This document shows, one piece after another, positions 31,661 to 42,033 of a stretch of 64,000 nt of DNA; positions within the stretch are counted from its first letter, which is position 1; each line of letters starts with the position of its first letter. The stretch is taken from assembly GCA_963707985.1 (NCBI GenBank), contig CAVPRW010000047.1, positions 18,382 through 82,381 of the forward strand, written 5' to 3'. The position numbers and the translations under genes were made by a program. The notes below the pieces were generated by a model. It saw only the letters and a list, made by a program, of their open reading frames with translations. It did no database searches and was not told the DNA's origin. The DNA comes from an uncultured Nitrospinota bacterium (GTDB taxonomy: Bacteria; Tectomicrobia; Entotheonellia; J063; CAVPRW01).

Positions 31661-33890
31661 GCCCCCCCATACCGCGGATGAATGGTTTGAACTTCTTGTA
31701 CAACTCCAGCAGTTTGGCTTTGTAATACTCCACATTTTCATCCGGCTGGTGACGATTCCACAGGGAGGCCAGCTTGGCTGCCTCATGCACTTTGACGCGC
31801 TTTCCTGTGCCGGCCACATAATAGGAAATTTGGTCACCGGGTTGATAGGAACGCTGTGACTGAATGGCCAGCTCATAGAGGGCCGACGGATTGCGCTTTT
31901 TGTCGCGCACCTTGTCGCGGTAGGTGGCGATCGAATCCTGCATCGATTCCGTTTTCATAAACATCTTCACATCGAACCGGTGCTGCTCGAATTCCTCCAT
32001 ATACTTGGCCAGCAGCGCATCGACCTGGTCCGCCTGTCCTCGGAGTAACAGGCCGAACATTTCCTCCATCCAGGCGCGCAGATACGGCTCTATACCCCGC
32101 GATTTCAAGCCGGACCCCTTGAGAATCACCTCGCCACGCTCATCCAGCAGCGCGTAATTTTTCATTTTGTAACTGAACATTGCCGGATAGTGTCCATCCA
32201 GCTCCAGATTGATCCCCGTGGGTAATCCTTGTGACACATGACTGAGCAGGCGTTCTCCTTCCTCCGGCGTGTGCATGCCCTCGGGTGGCGTAAAGTAGAG
32301 CCCGTCGGTGTCCACTTCGATGATTCGGCAGCAGGCGTCCTCAAGCCCGGCGACAATGTGTTGAATGATCTCCCTCCCAGTGCGGGTCACGCGATCGGCT
32401 TGCCCAAAATCGTTAAAATGGCCCAGCGAGAAGCCAAGATAGCCATAAAATGAGTTGATCAGGATCTTGAACGTGGCCTGCAGCGCATCATAGTATCGTT
32501 GCCCGACGGGACTGTCCGCCTGCCGGGCCAGGCCTTTCGCCTGCACGCGGAACTCCCGAAGGTCGTGCAGCAGCGACGGGAAGACGCCGAGGACGTCATG
32601 TGCTGGAAAACATTCATAGCTCAACATGATCGACGGGTACAGCGAGGTGATGTCGCAATGCAGGACGTTCTGCACGACCCCTTGATAGCGGCAATCGGTA
32701 AAACCGCCTGAGACCGCCTGACCCGGTGAGGGTGTGTGGATGGCATGGCGCTGCCGCAGGTATTCGCGCAGGAACAGCAGATCGATCTTGGTCGCATTAC
32801 CCCGCAGGATGGTGTTCTGATATGATAGCGGGAAGATCTGTGCTTGGACCACATAACTTGGGCTTAGAATGTTGCTAATGGCACGGGTCTCGCGTACATC
32901 ATCGAGAGCGTAGCGGAACAGCGTGTCTGGGTCGTGATCGAAGTACCAGCTCACCCGCTCTGGCTGGATGTACGTGCGGTCCGATGCTGCCACGCCGAAA
33001 TGGCGGGCCACATCCTTGAGGCCGTAGCTCTCCAGATCGCGCGTGCCGATATCATATAATTGTGCCAACATCCAGGTATCAGCGATATGGCGGCCAAAGA
33101 TTTCATATTTGCGGTAACTAATCGTGCGTTCGGCGATGTTCAGGCGCGATGCATGGCTATGCAGCACGCTGCCATCGCGGCCCCACTGGAGCTGAATACG
33201 GTGCCGTCGGGCGCGAGCTTCGATATATTCCAGATCGAAGCGAAACAGATTATGCCCTTCAATGACATCCGGGTCGCGGCGGCGTATTTCCAACGTCAAC
33301 TCGGCAAGCATCTCTGGCTCGGAGAGGTCGTGGCCGGTGATGATGCGCTCCCAGCCCGATTGATCCGCCAGCGCGATGGCAGTGATGCGGTCTCCCGGCC
33401 GTCCGGGATTGGGGAACTCGAACCCCTCGGTCGTGTAAGTCTCTATATCGAGCTGCAAGCGCTTCAACTGCTCAAAGCCCATGCCGAGAAAATGTGTCTG
33501 GCCGGTCAGCATCAAGTGCTGCGCGACCGGATCGTTGAGGAAAAAATATGGGGCGTCGAGGGCACTGGCGGACCTGCCTGAGGCCTTTTGTAAGTGTGCT
33601 TTGGCTTTGTCCAGCTCGCTCCAGCTCTGGAAGCGCATCAGGTAGGTATAAAAGCCCTCTCCGGCCAGCTTCTCGATGTCGTACTTACCGGTCCAGGATT
33701 TGAGCAGTGACGGGTCTGCGAGCAGCATAAAGGGCGTGAAGTCTTGCACAAATGAGTGGGTTTCCCCGGCGTGGCGCACAAAGACCCGGATGGCGGCCTC
33801 CCTCTCACGTTCAAAGGCCAGGAGACTCGGCTGTCCAGCATGGCCGAACAGGACTTTATTGTCGTAGAATGGCAGTTCCAACGCTTGCAT
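31641..33890 (-). CDS. Family B DNA polymerase with 3'-5' exonuclease (Pol II-like)
   Basis: ExoI LDIET; ExoII HNLFRFDL; ExoIII YALDD; PolA DITSLYPS; PolB KILINSFYG; PolC DTDG; KNYA. Confidence 0.93.
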   Translation of the reverse strand: MQALELPFYDNKVLFGHAGQPSLLAFEREREAAIRVFVRHAGETHSFVQDFTPFMLLADPSLLKSWTGKYDIEKLAGEGFYTYLMRFQSWSELDKAKAHLQKASGRSASALDAPYFFLNDPVAQHLMLTGQTHFLGMGFEQLKRLQLDIETYTTEGFEFPNPGRPGDRITAIALADQSGWERIITGHDLSEPEMLAELTLEIRRRDPDVIEGHNLFRFDLEYIEARARRHRIQLQWGRDGSVLHSHASRLNIAERTISYRKYEIFGRHIADTWMLAQLYDIGTRDLESYGLKDVARHFGVAASDRTYIQPERVSWYFDHDPDTLFRYALDDVRETRAISNILSPSYVVQAQIFPLSYQNTILRGNATKIDLLFLREYLRQRHAIHTPSPGQAVSGGFTDCRYQGVVQNVLHCDITSLYPSIMLSYECFPAHDVLGVFPSLLHDLREFRVQAKGLARQADSPVGQRYYDALQATFKILINSFYGYLGFSLGHFNDFGQADRVTRTGREIIQHIVAGLEDACCRIIEVDTDGLYFTPPEGMHTPEEGERLLSHVSQGLPTGINLELDGHYPAMFSYKMKNYALLDERGEVILKGSGLKSRGIEPYLRAWMEEMFGLLLRGQADQVDALLAKYMEEFEQHRFDVKMFMKTESMQDSIATYRDKVRDKKRNPSALYELAIQSQRSYQPGDQISYYVAGTGKRVKVHEAAKLASLWNRHQPDENVEYYKAKLLELYKKFKPFIRGMGGPTREGT

Positions 33891-33975
33891 CTGCACACGC
33901 CCCTTCTGCATGGAAACGGCTTTTAGCCTGTGGGTAGAACGACTGCTGATAGCGTACGTCATTTGGCGAAGGCGA

Positions 33976-34770
33976 TCAAACGAGCCCTTCTGCCTCCGCG
34001 GCCGCCTCCAGTACGTCATAGCCCTCCGGAGTTCCGGGGATGAATCCCTTACAACCTTCTAGCTCTAAGACCTGGCGATGTTCCGGATCGTCAAAGCGCA
34101 TGGTCGTGAAGGCGACGGTAATCCGCTGCGTTAGGGCATCATCGAGCGTCCGCTGGGCGGTAAAACAGCAGTGGCTATAGCCTGGGCTGCTCCAGAACAC
34201 GCGCACTTCGCCCTCCTGGAGCTGACCTTTCTCACGCAACGTGGCAAGGGCATGCCTGCTGACTGCGCCCGCATCATACTCCCGTGAACGCACCAGCGCC
34301 ACCACACCCGCCTCGCCGGTCGGTCCACCAGCCGGACGGTCCTCGGCAAAGGTGGCAAGCCCCAGGTCGTTTTCAGGATCGACGCCCGCCTGTTTGAGAA
34401 AGTAATAGGCCAGCAGGCCTGCCTGCACAGACCCTCGGCTGCCAAACGCGAATCGTTTCCCCTTCACATCCTGGACGGTCTGAAGATCCGAGTCGGGATG
34501 AGTAATGAACTGCGTCGTGAAGTTGATGTCCATATCGCGCATGGCGACGACACGCGACCCGTCCGGTAGGCGTCGCCGGATCTTGACATACGCCAGAGGG
34601 CCATTCCAGGCCAGGTCGACCTCACCACGGACAAATGCCTCTACCAGAGCATCATAGTTGGAATACAGCACCCAGTCGAGGGGCACATTCATTCGGTTGA
34701 AGTGCTTTTTGATACCTTCAAAAACGGTTACGACATACGGTGCATAGCCAACAGCCCCAATCTTCAGCAT
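33976..34770 (-). CDS. PhnD/phosphonate-type substrate-binding-fold protein with no signal peptide
   Basis: YDALVEAF..GEVDLAWNGPLAY; LQTVQDVKGKRFAFGS..S. Confidence 0.75.
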   Translation of the reverse strand: MLKIGAVGYAPYVVTVFEGIKKHFNRMNVPLDWVLYSNYDALVEAFVRGEVDLAWNGPLAYVKIRRRLPDGSRVVAMRDMDINFTTQFITHPDSDLQTVQDVKGKRFAFGSRGSVQAGLLAYYFLKQAGVDPENDLGLATFAEDRPAGGPTGEAGVVALVRSREYDAGAVSRHALATLREKGQLQEGEVRVFWSSPGYSHCCFTAQRTLDDALTQRITVAFTTMRFDDPEHRQVLELEGCKGFIPGTPEGYDVLEAAAEAEGLV

Positions 34771-35048
34771 AGGGTTGCCTCCGCGATCGACATCGCCATC
34801 CCACCGCTCCTCCTCTTGCCCGAAAACGGCAGGACAGTCAAGAGAGAATTAAGGCGTCATTGTCGCAGAAGGGCCACCGCAGTGCAAGCCATCTTCGTGC
34901 ACCAGAGGATTCACCTCGGGTTCATTCCTCGTATGTTATAAGTTGGTAAGGTGGGGGTCGCGATGGCCCGTGGCTATGCTCACACGTATGCCTGCCAAAG
35001 TCAAAGTTGCCAGGCTATCTTCGACAGGTGCTTATGGGGGACAAAGCG

Positions 35049-36449
35049 ATGGCAGAAAACAACGGCCACCCTCGGACCGGAGAAACCATACAAAATGTTG
35101 GCGATGAGAACATCCAGAGCCAGAGCGCGGAGCAAACCCGACCAGCGGCTCCTCGACCGGTGTTGTCAGTCGTGGATGCTGTGGCCTTAATTGTTGGGGT
35201 GGTCGTTGGGGCTGGAATCTTCAAAACCCCGGCCCTGGTGGCCACGCATGCGGGTGGTGCAGAATTGTTTCTGTTCGCCTGGCTGGTCGGGGGGGTGATC
35301 TCTTTGATCGGCGCGCTTTGCTATGCTGAGTTGGCCACCGCCTATCCCAACACCGGGGGAGATTATCACTACCTGAGACGCGCTTTCGGATACGACATGG
35401 CGTTCCTGTTCGCCTGGGCCCGTCTGACGGTGCTGCAAACCGGCTCCATTGCCATGCTCGGCTTCGTGTTTGGCGACTATGCCCTGGAATTACTGCCCAT
35501 AGGGCAAGGCGGCGCGGCGCTCTATGCGGCACTGGCCATCACGTTCGTGACCCTGCTCAACCTCTTAGGGGTCCAACAAGGCAAGACGGCACAGAAGATA
35601 CTCACGACAGCCAAGATCCTGGGGGTGTTGTCGATCGTCGTCGCCGGGCTCATCATTGCCCCGCCACCCGCCCCCGACATCCAGGCACATGAGCCCACAC
35701 GAGCGGCGTTTGGGCTGGCGATGATCTTCGTCCTGCTGACGTATGGCGGCTGGAATGAGGCCGCCTATATCTCAGGGGAGGTGCGAAATGCCCGGCGGAA
35801 TATGGTATGGTCCTTACTCTGGGGTATCTTGATGATCGCCACCATCTTCATCCTGGCCAACCTCGCGTATCTGAAGGGCTTAGGCTTGAGGGCCATGAGC
35901 GAGTCGGATATCGTTGCGGCAGACGTGATGCGGCGCGTCGCGGGACAGGCAGGGGCGACTTTCGTCAGCATGCTCATCGCCATCGCGGCGCTGGGGTCCA
36001 TGAATGCTACCACGTTTACGGGTGCGCGCTCGATCTACGCCCTCGGGCAAGATTACCGGCCGCTCAGTTTTCTCGGACACTGGCGGGGCCATCGCAATAC
36101 GCCGGCAAATGCCCTTCTGCTGCAAGGCAGCATCGCCCTGCTGCTCGTGCTACTGGGCGCATGGGCGCGCCAGGGGTTTGTGACTATGGTCGAATATACG
36201 GCGCCGGTATTCTGGTTCTTTTTCTTGTTGGCGGGATTGTCGCTCTTTGTGCTACGTACGCAAGAACCTGAGAGGCCACGCCCATTTCGTGTCCCATGGT
36301 ATCCACTGACGCCGTTGCTTTTCTGCATCACCTGCGTCTACATGTTGCACTCCAGCCTTGCCTACACCGGACCAGGCGCCGTGGTCGGCGTTGGGGTGTT
36401 ATTGGCCGGTGTGCCATTGCTCTTCGTGGCTCGCTCTCAACATCGATGA
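35049..36449 (+). CDS. APC-family amino acid permease
   Basis: VVGAGIF, CYAELATAYPNTGGDY, YGGWNE, RPFRVPWYP; multiple TM segments. Confidence 0.9.
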   Translation: MAENNGHPRTGETIQNVGDENIQSQSAEQTRPAAPRPVLSVVDAVALIVGVVVGAGIFKTPALVATHAGGAELFLFAWLVGGVISLIGALCYAELATAYPNTGGDYHYLRRAFGYDMAFLFAWARLTVLQTGSIAMLGFVFGDYALELLPIGQGGAALYAALAITFVTLLNLLGVQQGKTAQKILTTAKILGVLSIVVAGLIIAPPPAPDIQAHEPTRAAFGLAMIFVLLTYGGWNEAAYISGEVRNARRNMVWSLLWGILMIATIFILANLAYLKGLGLRAMSESDIVAADVMRRVAGQAGATFVSMLIAIAALGSMNATTFTGARSIYALGQDYRPLSFLGHWRGHRNTPANALLLQGSIALLLVLLGAWARQGFVTMVEYTAPVFWFFFLLAGLSLFVLRTQEPERPRPFRVPWYPLTPLLFCITCVYMLHSSLAYTGPGAVVGVGVLLAGVPLLFVARSQHR

Positions 36450-36474
36450 ATGCACTGGAAGAGAGGAACAGGTT

Positions 36475-37356
36475 ATGCGAAAGCCATTGCAGCCGTGGGT
36501 CCTACCCCTCTGTGTCGTCCTGGCCATCGTCGGCGTTTGGTGGAGCGGTTATGCGCAAACGCGAGGACCCGATGTGCAATATGTGCCAACCCCCGAGAAC
36601 GTCGTGGACGAGATGCTACGGCTCACCGGCGTGACGAAGGATGATGTGGTCTATGACCTCGGCTGTGGCGATGGCCGACTGGTGATCACTGCCGCTCAAC
36701 GCTTTGGCGCGCGCGGGGTGGGCATCGATATCGATCCGCAACGGATCAGCGAAAGCCGCGAGAATGCACGCCAGGCTGGTGTCACCGAGCGCGTGCGGTT
36801 CCTGGAACAAGACCTCTTTGAGGCTGATATTCGCCAGGCCACGGTGGTCACCCTCTACCTTCTCCCGAGGCTCAATGTTCAACTCCGCCCCAAGCTCTTA
36901 CACGATCTGCAGCCTGGCACCCGCATCGTCTCGCATGATTTCGATATGGCGGAGTGGCAACCCGATCAGACCGTACAGATTCCAGGGGCGTCGCGGTCGC
37001 ATACGGTATACTACTGGGTGATCCCAGCCAATGTCAGCGGGGCATGGCACGTGCACGTGCCCGCCGGTGTGGGAGAGCGACGCTATGAGTTGCGGTTACA
37101 ACAAGAGTTCCAGGTGGTGCGTGGCACCATTGGCACGGAAGGCCATGACGTCCCGATCACCGATGCGACCCTCGTGGGTGACCGTCTCCGCTTCCTTGCG
37201 AGCCCTGGCGGACAGGGCCAAATGTCTTTCGATGGGCGTGTCGACGCCAACCTGATGCACGGTCGCGTGGAGATCCACGGGGGGGCATTCGCGGGTCAGC
37301 ATGACTGGGCGGCGCAGCGCGAGGCGGCAGGTGCCGATAGCGCGCAGCCGCGTTGA
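36475..37356 (+). CDS. Class I SAM-dependent methyltransferase with signal peptide
   Basis: YVPTP, YDLGCGDGR, VTLYLLP, RIVSHDF. Confidence 0.88.
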   Translation: MRKPLQPWVLPLCVVLAIVGVWWSGYAQTRGPDVQYVPTPENVVDEMLRLTGVTKDDVVYDLGCGDGRLVITAAQRFGARGVGIDIDPQRISESRENARQAGVTERVRFLEQDLFEADIRQATVVTLYLLPRLNVQLRPKLLHDLQPGTRIVSHDFDMAEWQPDQTVQIPGASRSHTVYYWVIPANVSGAWHVHVPAGVGERRYELRLQQEFQVVRGTIGTEGHDVPITDATLVGDRLRFLASPGGQGQMSFDGRVDANLMHGRVEIHGGAFAGQHDWAAQREAAGADSAQPR

Positions 37357-37421
37357 ACTGTCTTCAGACGGCATGACGGAGACGCCGTTACGGCATCTCA
37401 CCCTGCCCGCAAAGCGATCGA

Positions 37422-38831
37422 CTATCGCCTGTCCCCCGCACTGGGGTCAGCAAAGTGTGGTGCAGACATCCCCCCCTGGCGTACGCGCTCCTCGATCCGG
37501 TACTCTTTGAGCTTGCGCCACAAGCTGGTGCGGCCGATGGCAAGAGCCTCCGCGGCACGTGAATGGCTCCATCCGAAGCGCTCGAGGGTCTGTAGGATGT
37601 GGAGTCGTTCCACCTCGGCTAACGTGAGCGCCTGCGGCAGAGATGGGGCTCCCCCCAAAGGCGTACCTGCGACAATGTGCGGGGGGAGATCGTCAGCAGC
37701 AATGACGTCGTGCTGGGCGAGAATCGCTGTGCGCTCCATGGCGTTCTCCAACTCCCGGACGTTGCCCGGCCAGGAGTAGTGGAGCAGCTTGGCGACAGCG
37801 TCTGCCGATAAGCGCAAGGGTCGACCCTGCTTCTGGCTGTTTTGCCTCAGGAAATGTTCTGCCAGGGCGGGGATGTCTTCGCGTCGCTCGCGCAGGGGTG
37901 GCAGGACAACAGGGATGACGTTGAGTCGATAGAAGAGGTCTTCGCGGAATTTTCCCTGTTGCATGAGTTGCCCCAGATCACGGTTGGTTGCCGCCAACAC
38001 CCGCACGTCTACAGTAGTCGACTGGTTGGACCCAAGCGGCCGCACTTCGCCTTCCTGCAAAGCTCTGAGGAACTTGACCTGTAACGTGGTTGGCATCTCC
38101 CCGATTTCATCGAGAAAAAATGTGCCGGCGTGCGCCTCCTCAAAGAGGCCCTTTTTGTGCGCCGTTGCTCCGGTGAAGGCACCCTTGACGTGTCCGAAAA
38201 TTTCCGATTCCAGCAATGGTTCCGGCAATGCGCCGCAGTTGACGGCCACGAAGGACTTGCCGGCACGAGGACTGCTGTGGTGAATGACTTTGGCGATGAC
38301 TTCCTTGCCCGTGCCCGACTCCCCTTGAATCAGGACGGTGGCGTCGGTCGGCGCGACACGTAGCACCAGATCCAACACGGTCTGCATTTCTTTAGATTGA
38401 GCGATAAGTCCCGGCAGGCTGTAACGCTCTTGAACCTGACGCCGAAGATTTTCGTTTTCATGGCGTAAGCCTTTTTCCTCCAAGGCCTTGTCGATTCGAT
38501 GCAGGAATTCATCAGGCTCCTTGCCCTTCTCGAAATAGTCGTAGGCTCCGAGGCGCATGGCCTCCTTAGCGGACTCCCAACCGGCATAGGCGGTTAGCAA
38601 TATGACCATCACCGTAGGGCAGTGGGCTTTCGCCATACGTAAGACCTCGAGGCCATCGCCGTCGGGCATGCGCAAATCGGTAACCACCAGGTCGAAGGCG
38701 CTTTCGGCCAGGACCTTTGCCGCGACCCGAACACCTTCGGCTTGAATCACGTGGTGGCCCCGCTTGCGCAACAGGAGCGCGAGAGTCATGCGTGCTGAGG
38801 GCTCATCGTCGACGATGAGGAGATTGGCCAT
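37422..38831 (-). CDS. Sigma54-dependent response regulator (NtrC/ZraR-like)
   Basis: REC domain; GESGTGKE; GAFTGA; FLDEI; WPGNVRELEN; Fis HTH. Confidence 0.95.
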   Translation of the reverse strand: MANLLIVDDEPSARMTLALLLRKRGHHVIQAEGVRVAAKVLAESAFDLVVTDLRMPDGDGLEVLRMAKAHCPTVMVILLTAYAGWESAKEAMRLGAYDYFEKGKEPDEFLHRIDKALEEKGLRHENENLRRQVQERYSLPGLIAQSKEMQTVLDLVLRVAPTDATVLIQGESGTGKEVIAKVIHHSSPRAGKSFVAVNCGALPEPLLESEIFGHVKGAFTGATAHKKGLFEEAHAGTFFLDEIGEMPTTLQVKFLRALQEGEVRPLGSNQSTTVDVRVLAATNRDLGQLMQQGKFREDLFYRLNVIPVVLPPLRERREDIPALAEHFLRQNSQKQGRPLRLSADAVAKLLHYSWPGNVRELENAMERTAILAQHDVIAADDLPPHIVAGTPLGGAPSLPQALTLAEVERLHILQTLERFGWSHSRAAEALAIGRTSLWRKLKEYRIEERVRQGGMSAPHFADPSAGDRR

Positions 38832-38834
38832 GAT

Positions 38835-40493
38835 TTACTCCTCCACCAATGGCAGACGGATGGTAAAGCGACTGCCGTGTTCCGGTACCGATTCCACATC
38901 GATGCGTCCCCCATGGGCGGTAACGATGCGTTGGGCGATGGCCAGGCCGAGGCCGGTGCCACCCTGTTTCTTCGAAATGAACGGTTGGAAGATACGCCGC
39001 TGTTCGTCGGCGGCGATGCCAGGTCCTGTATCCGCCACGCTGATCAACACCTCGTCGTTGCGGCGCCCGACCTCCAGGGTGAGGTGGCCGCGGCCGTGCA
39101 TGGCCTCAACCCCGTTGCGGGCGATGTTCCAGAGGACTTGCGTTAATTGGTCAGCATCGAACGGGAACTGCGGAATCGTCGGGTCGACCCGCAAGTCTAA
39201 TTGCACGCCAGCACGTCCATTGCGATCTTCTTGCAGGAGGGCCGACACATGCTCGACCACCTTGCCGATATCACCCGTCTGCCGCGTAGGCAGACGGGGC
39301 CTGGCGAACAGCAAAAAGTCGGAGAGTGTGGTGTTGAGGCGACGCGCTTCCGTCTTCACCGCTTCGAGGATACTCGCCCGTTCTCCGGCCGTGAGTGTTG
39401 CTTCTTCCTCGAGCAGCGTCGCAGCGTTCAGGATGGCCGCCAATGGATTGCGGATCTCGTGCGCCAGGCCAGCGGCGAGCTCCCCCACAGCCGCCATGCG
39501 CTCCACTTCGCCCAGTCGCTGACGCAGGCGCTCCTGCTCGGTGATATCGCTGACAAGCTCCAGGAGCAAGATCTGCCCATCCGCCTGGCGCACCGGCGAG
39601 CAGGTCAGCAGGAAGCGTCGGTTGTCTGGTCCGAGGATTTCCACGCGGGTCGGTAAATCCATGGCATCCCGACGCGCCAAGGGGCAACCGGTACACTGGC
39701 GATTATTGGCGGTGAGCACTTCGTAGCAGCGCCGTCCGACCACGAGGCCGAATTGCTCCGACATCCAGCGATTGGCATGCCGAATGGTAAAATCGTCGTC
39801 GACGAGCTCCAGCCCCTCCCCCAGGCCATCCACTAACCGCTCATTGAATTCCTTCAGCGACGCCACCTCGCCCCTGGCACGCTCCAGGACTAGAATGATG
39901 ATCGCGAACACGGACAGGAAGTAAAAGAGCGTTAAGGCCGTGTTGAGAATCACATAGGCCATACTGTCGGGGAGTACATCGATGAAACCCGTGGCCATGC
40001 GACTCAACCCCCAGAGGGCAAACGAGATCGACAAAAATCGACGGCCGCGGGGGGAGGTGACGGTCGAACGCCATGGCCAAAACGCCATACCTGCGGCAAT
40101 CAGTACACTACCGCCAACAACTCGCCGTGATAACGGCATCTCGAGGCCAATCTCCGATGACATGCTCAGCAGACAGGAGACTATGGCATAGGCCACGCCC
40201 AGCCCGGCGTGGTACCAACGAATGCGATAATCCCACCGAAACGACAGGCCCGCCGCCAGGATCAAGAGGTCACCAGTACTCCCAGCTGCGTTCAAAAGAG
40301 GGATCAGCCCATCCGCCGCGGGGAAAAAATGCTGAATGATGTACGAGCCCTTCGACACCACGAATAGACCCCAGGCCCAGACCAGATACCTGAAAAAGCG
40401 CTCCCGATTGCCGGAATAGAGATAGACGAGGGTCAAGAGCTGGAGATAGAGCGCCATCGTGGTAATAAATTTCAGCGTAATCGCGACTGCCAT
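38835..40493 (-). CDS. Membrane sensor histidine kinase with Cys-rich PAS-like domain
   Basis: Multi-TM N-terminus; GRRCYEVL...CTGCP; AHEIRNPL; DTGPGI; GTGLGL. Confidence 0.9.
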   Translation of the reverse strand: MAVAITLKFITTMALYLQLLTLVYLYSGNRERFFRYLVWAWGLFVVSKGSYIIQHFFPAADGLIPLLNAAGSTGDLLILAAGLSFRWDYRIRWYHAGLGVAYAIVSCLLSMSSEIGLEMPLSRRVVGGSVLIAAGMAFWPWRSTVTSPRGRRFLSISFALWGLSRMATGFIDVLPDSMAYVILNTALTLFYFLSVFAIIILVLERARGEVASLKEFNERLVDGLGEGLELVDDDFTIRHANRWMSEQFGLVVGRRCYEVLTANNRQCTGCPLARRDAMDLPTRVEILGPDNRRFLLTCSPVRQADGQILLLELVSDITEQERLRQRLGEVERMAAVGELAAGLAHEIRNPLAAILNAATLLEEEATLTAGERASILEAVKTEARRLNTTLSDFLLFARPRLPTRQTGDIGKVVEHVSALLQEDRNGRAGVQLDLRVDPTIPQFPFDADQLTQVLWNIARNGVEAMHGRGHLTLEVGRRNDEVLISVADTGPGIAADEQRRIFQPFISKKQGGTGLGLAIAQRIVTAHGGRIDVESVPEHGSRFTIRLPLVEE

Positions 40494-40764
40494 AGTATCC
40501 CTTCCTGGCGTCATGCTATGCGCACATGACGTCGGGGTCACCCGTGACTTCTCGTCCGGAAGCCGTCTGCGCGATGACTGGCCGGCTGATTCATGGGAAA
40601 CCGCACGCCATCGATGCGAGATCTCGAGCATACGTATCTTTGGTCATGTTGGTTATGTAAGTAATTTAATACAAAACGCAAGTCTTGTGCCAGGAGCACA
40701 AGGCCATTTTACGTGTACGTCATACACGGGCAACAAGCTGGTCCGTTTCAGCTTGGACCAGTGC

Positions 40765-40860
40765 GTTCCATTCTGGAACAACTCCCCAGGGTCTCCACGG
40801 TCGTTCCCTGCAGCTTGCCCGGCCACTCCCGGCCTCTACCGCATCTGGCATGGGAGTTGC
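40765..40860 (+). promoter_or_regulatory. Sigma54 promoter with upstream palindromic enhancer
   Basis: TGGCATGGGAGTTGC (GG-N10-GC) at 40846-40860; GTTCCA-N3-TGGAAC at 40765-40779. Confidence 0.75.
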
Positions 40861-41171
40861 GTTGCAAATGGAGGCAGTATGTGACCATGGGTCTGCTGGC
40901 AGCAGCATGTCGGCTCAGTCGATGCTACCCAGACAACATGACACAAGTAGGAAAACCAGCAGCCCCACCTCGGGGCGTTCATATAAGATACGGCAGTGGG
41001 AAAAACATCTCGTGAAACGGGTGTAGGAAGCACGTATGGATGCGTGCGAATAAACGGCACGACCGCGAGTAGCAATCTCTACCGTGGTCCTTGGTGATAG
41101 GTGCCCTGCGGGTACGGCTCGCCCTGCGTGGCGATGGAACCGCTGCGGCACCAGGAACAGGAGAAAGACAC

Positions 41172-41591
41172 ATGCGATGGAAGCAGATACGCGATGCCCT
41201 GATGGGGTTTGGGGTTGCAGCCTTGCTCACGGTCGGCGGGAGCGTATGGGGTGTGGCGAACGCTGCTCCTCAGGCGCAACCCCAGTCGTATACCGGGCAG
41301 ATTAGGGAGATTAACATCGACCAATGTGGCCTTGAACCGGGATCATGTTCCGGCTCCCTGGTATTGGCGCAAGCCAGGGGCCAGGAGGTCGATCTCGCTA
41401 TTCCGGTGGGGACCACAATTCAACGTGGAAATCAACGCGTGCACATCGAAGAGTTAGGGGTCGGGAATTATGTTATGGTCCAGGCTGCCCCCCTCTCTCC
41501 CATACAACAGGGGAATGGCCGCGATTGGACCTGGAACAAATTTGACGCATACGAGCGGAGTCCGATCAACAGCGGCACCCAAGGGGATTGA
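41172..41591 (+). CDS. Small secreted beta-rich (possibly OB-fold) protein
   Basis: RBS AGGAGA; signal peptide; YTGQIREI...TTIQRGN..VHIEELGVGNYVMV; C-x6-C pair. Confidence 0.6.
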   Translation: MRWKQIRDALMGFGVAALLTVGGSVWGVANAAPQAQPQSYTGQIREINIDQCGLEPGSCSGSLVLAQARGQEVDLAIPVGTTIQRGNQRVHIEELGVGNYVMVQAAPLSPIQQGNGRDWTWNKFDAYERSPINSGTQGD

Positions 41592-42033
41592 GCCAGTCTT
41601 GCACCCCACCAACGGGCTTGACTTTGCCGGGGGCCCCTAGGCTCCCGGCTGTCCCCCGCCCCGAAAGTAAGCGCTACACTGGCTTCCAGGATGCCCATGA
41701 GGGGTAAGCCCGTGTGCAGGCTTTTGTCGGCAACCTTCTAACGACTTCAGTGCGACCAACAGGCTCCGGGTATCTCTCCCGGAGCCAACCTCTTTCGGCA
41801 TCCCGTTTATCGCATCACTGCTCAGCCTTCGCAGCCACGCATCCCCCTCCTCGGCCCTTCACGTTCCCCCCGCAGCAATTCAACCAGAGCCACGTCCGGT
41901 CAGACCGAGGGGCAAAGCCTCGGCGTCCCGTGCGTCGATTACCACGTCAGCGTCTCGGTCCGTGTGGTAAAATACAGGCGTTGAGGAGCTTTAAACACGT
42001 AGTCAAACGGGCCCATCCTGATTTCCATCGATT

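Noticed and set aside
33976..34770. PhnD-fold protein as a selenate-binding partner of the selenoprotein
   Set aside because: 18 kb away, no signal peptide or permease, and no supporting motif
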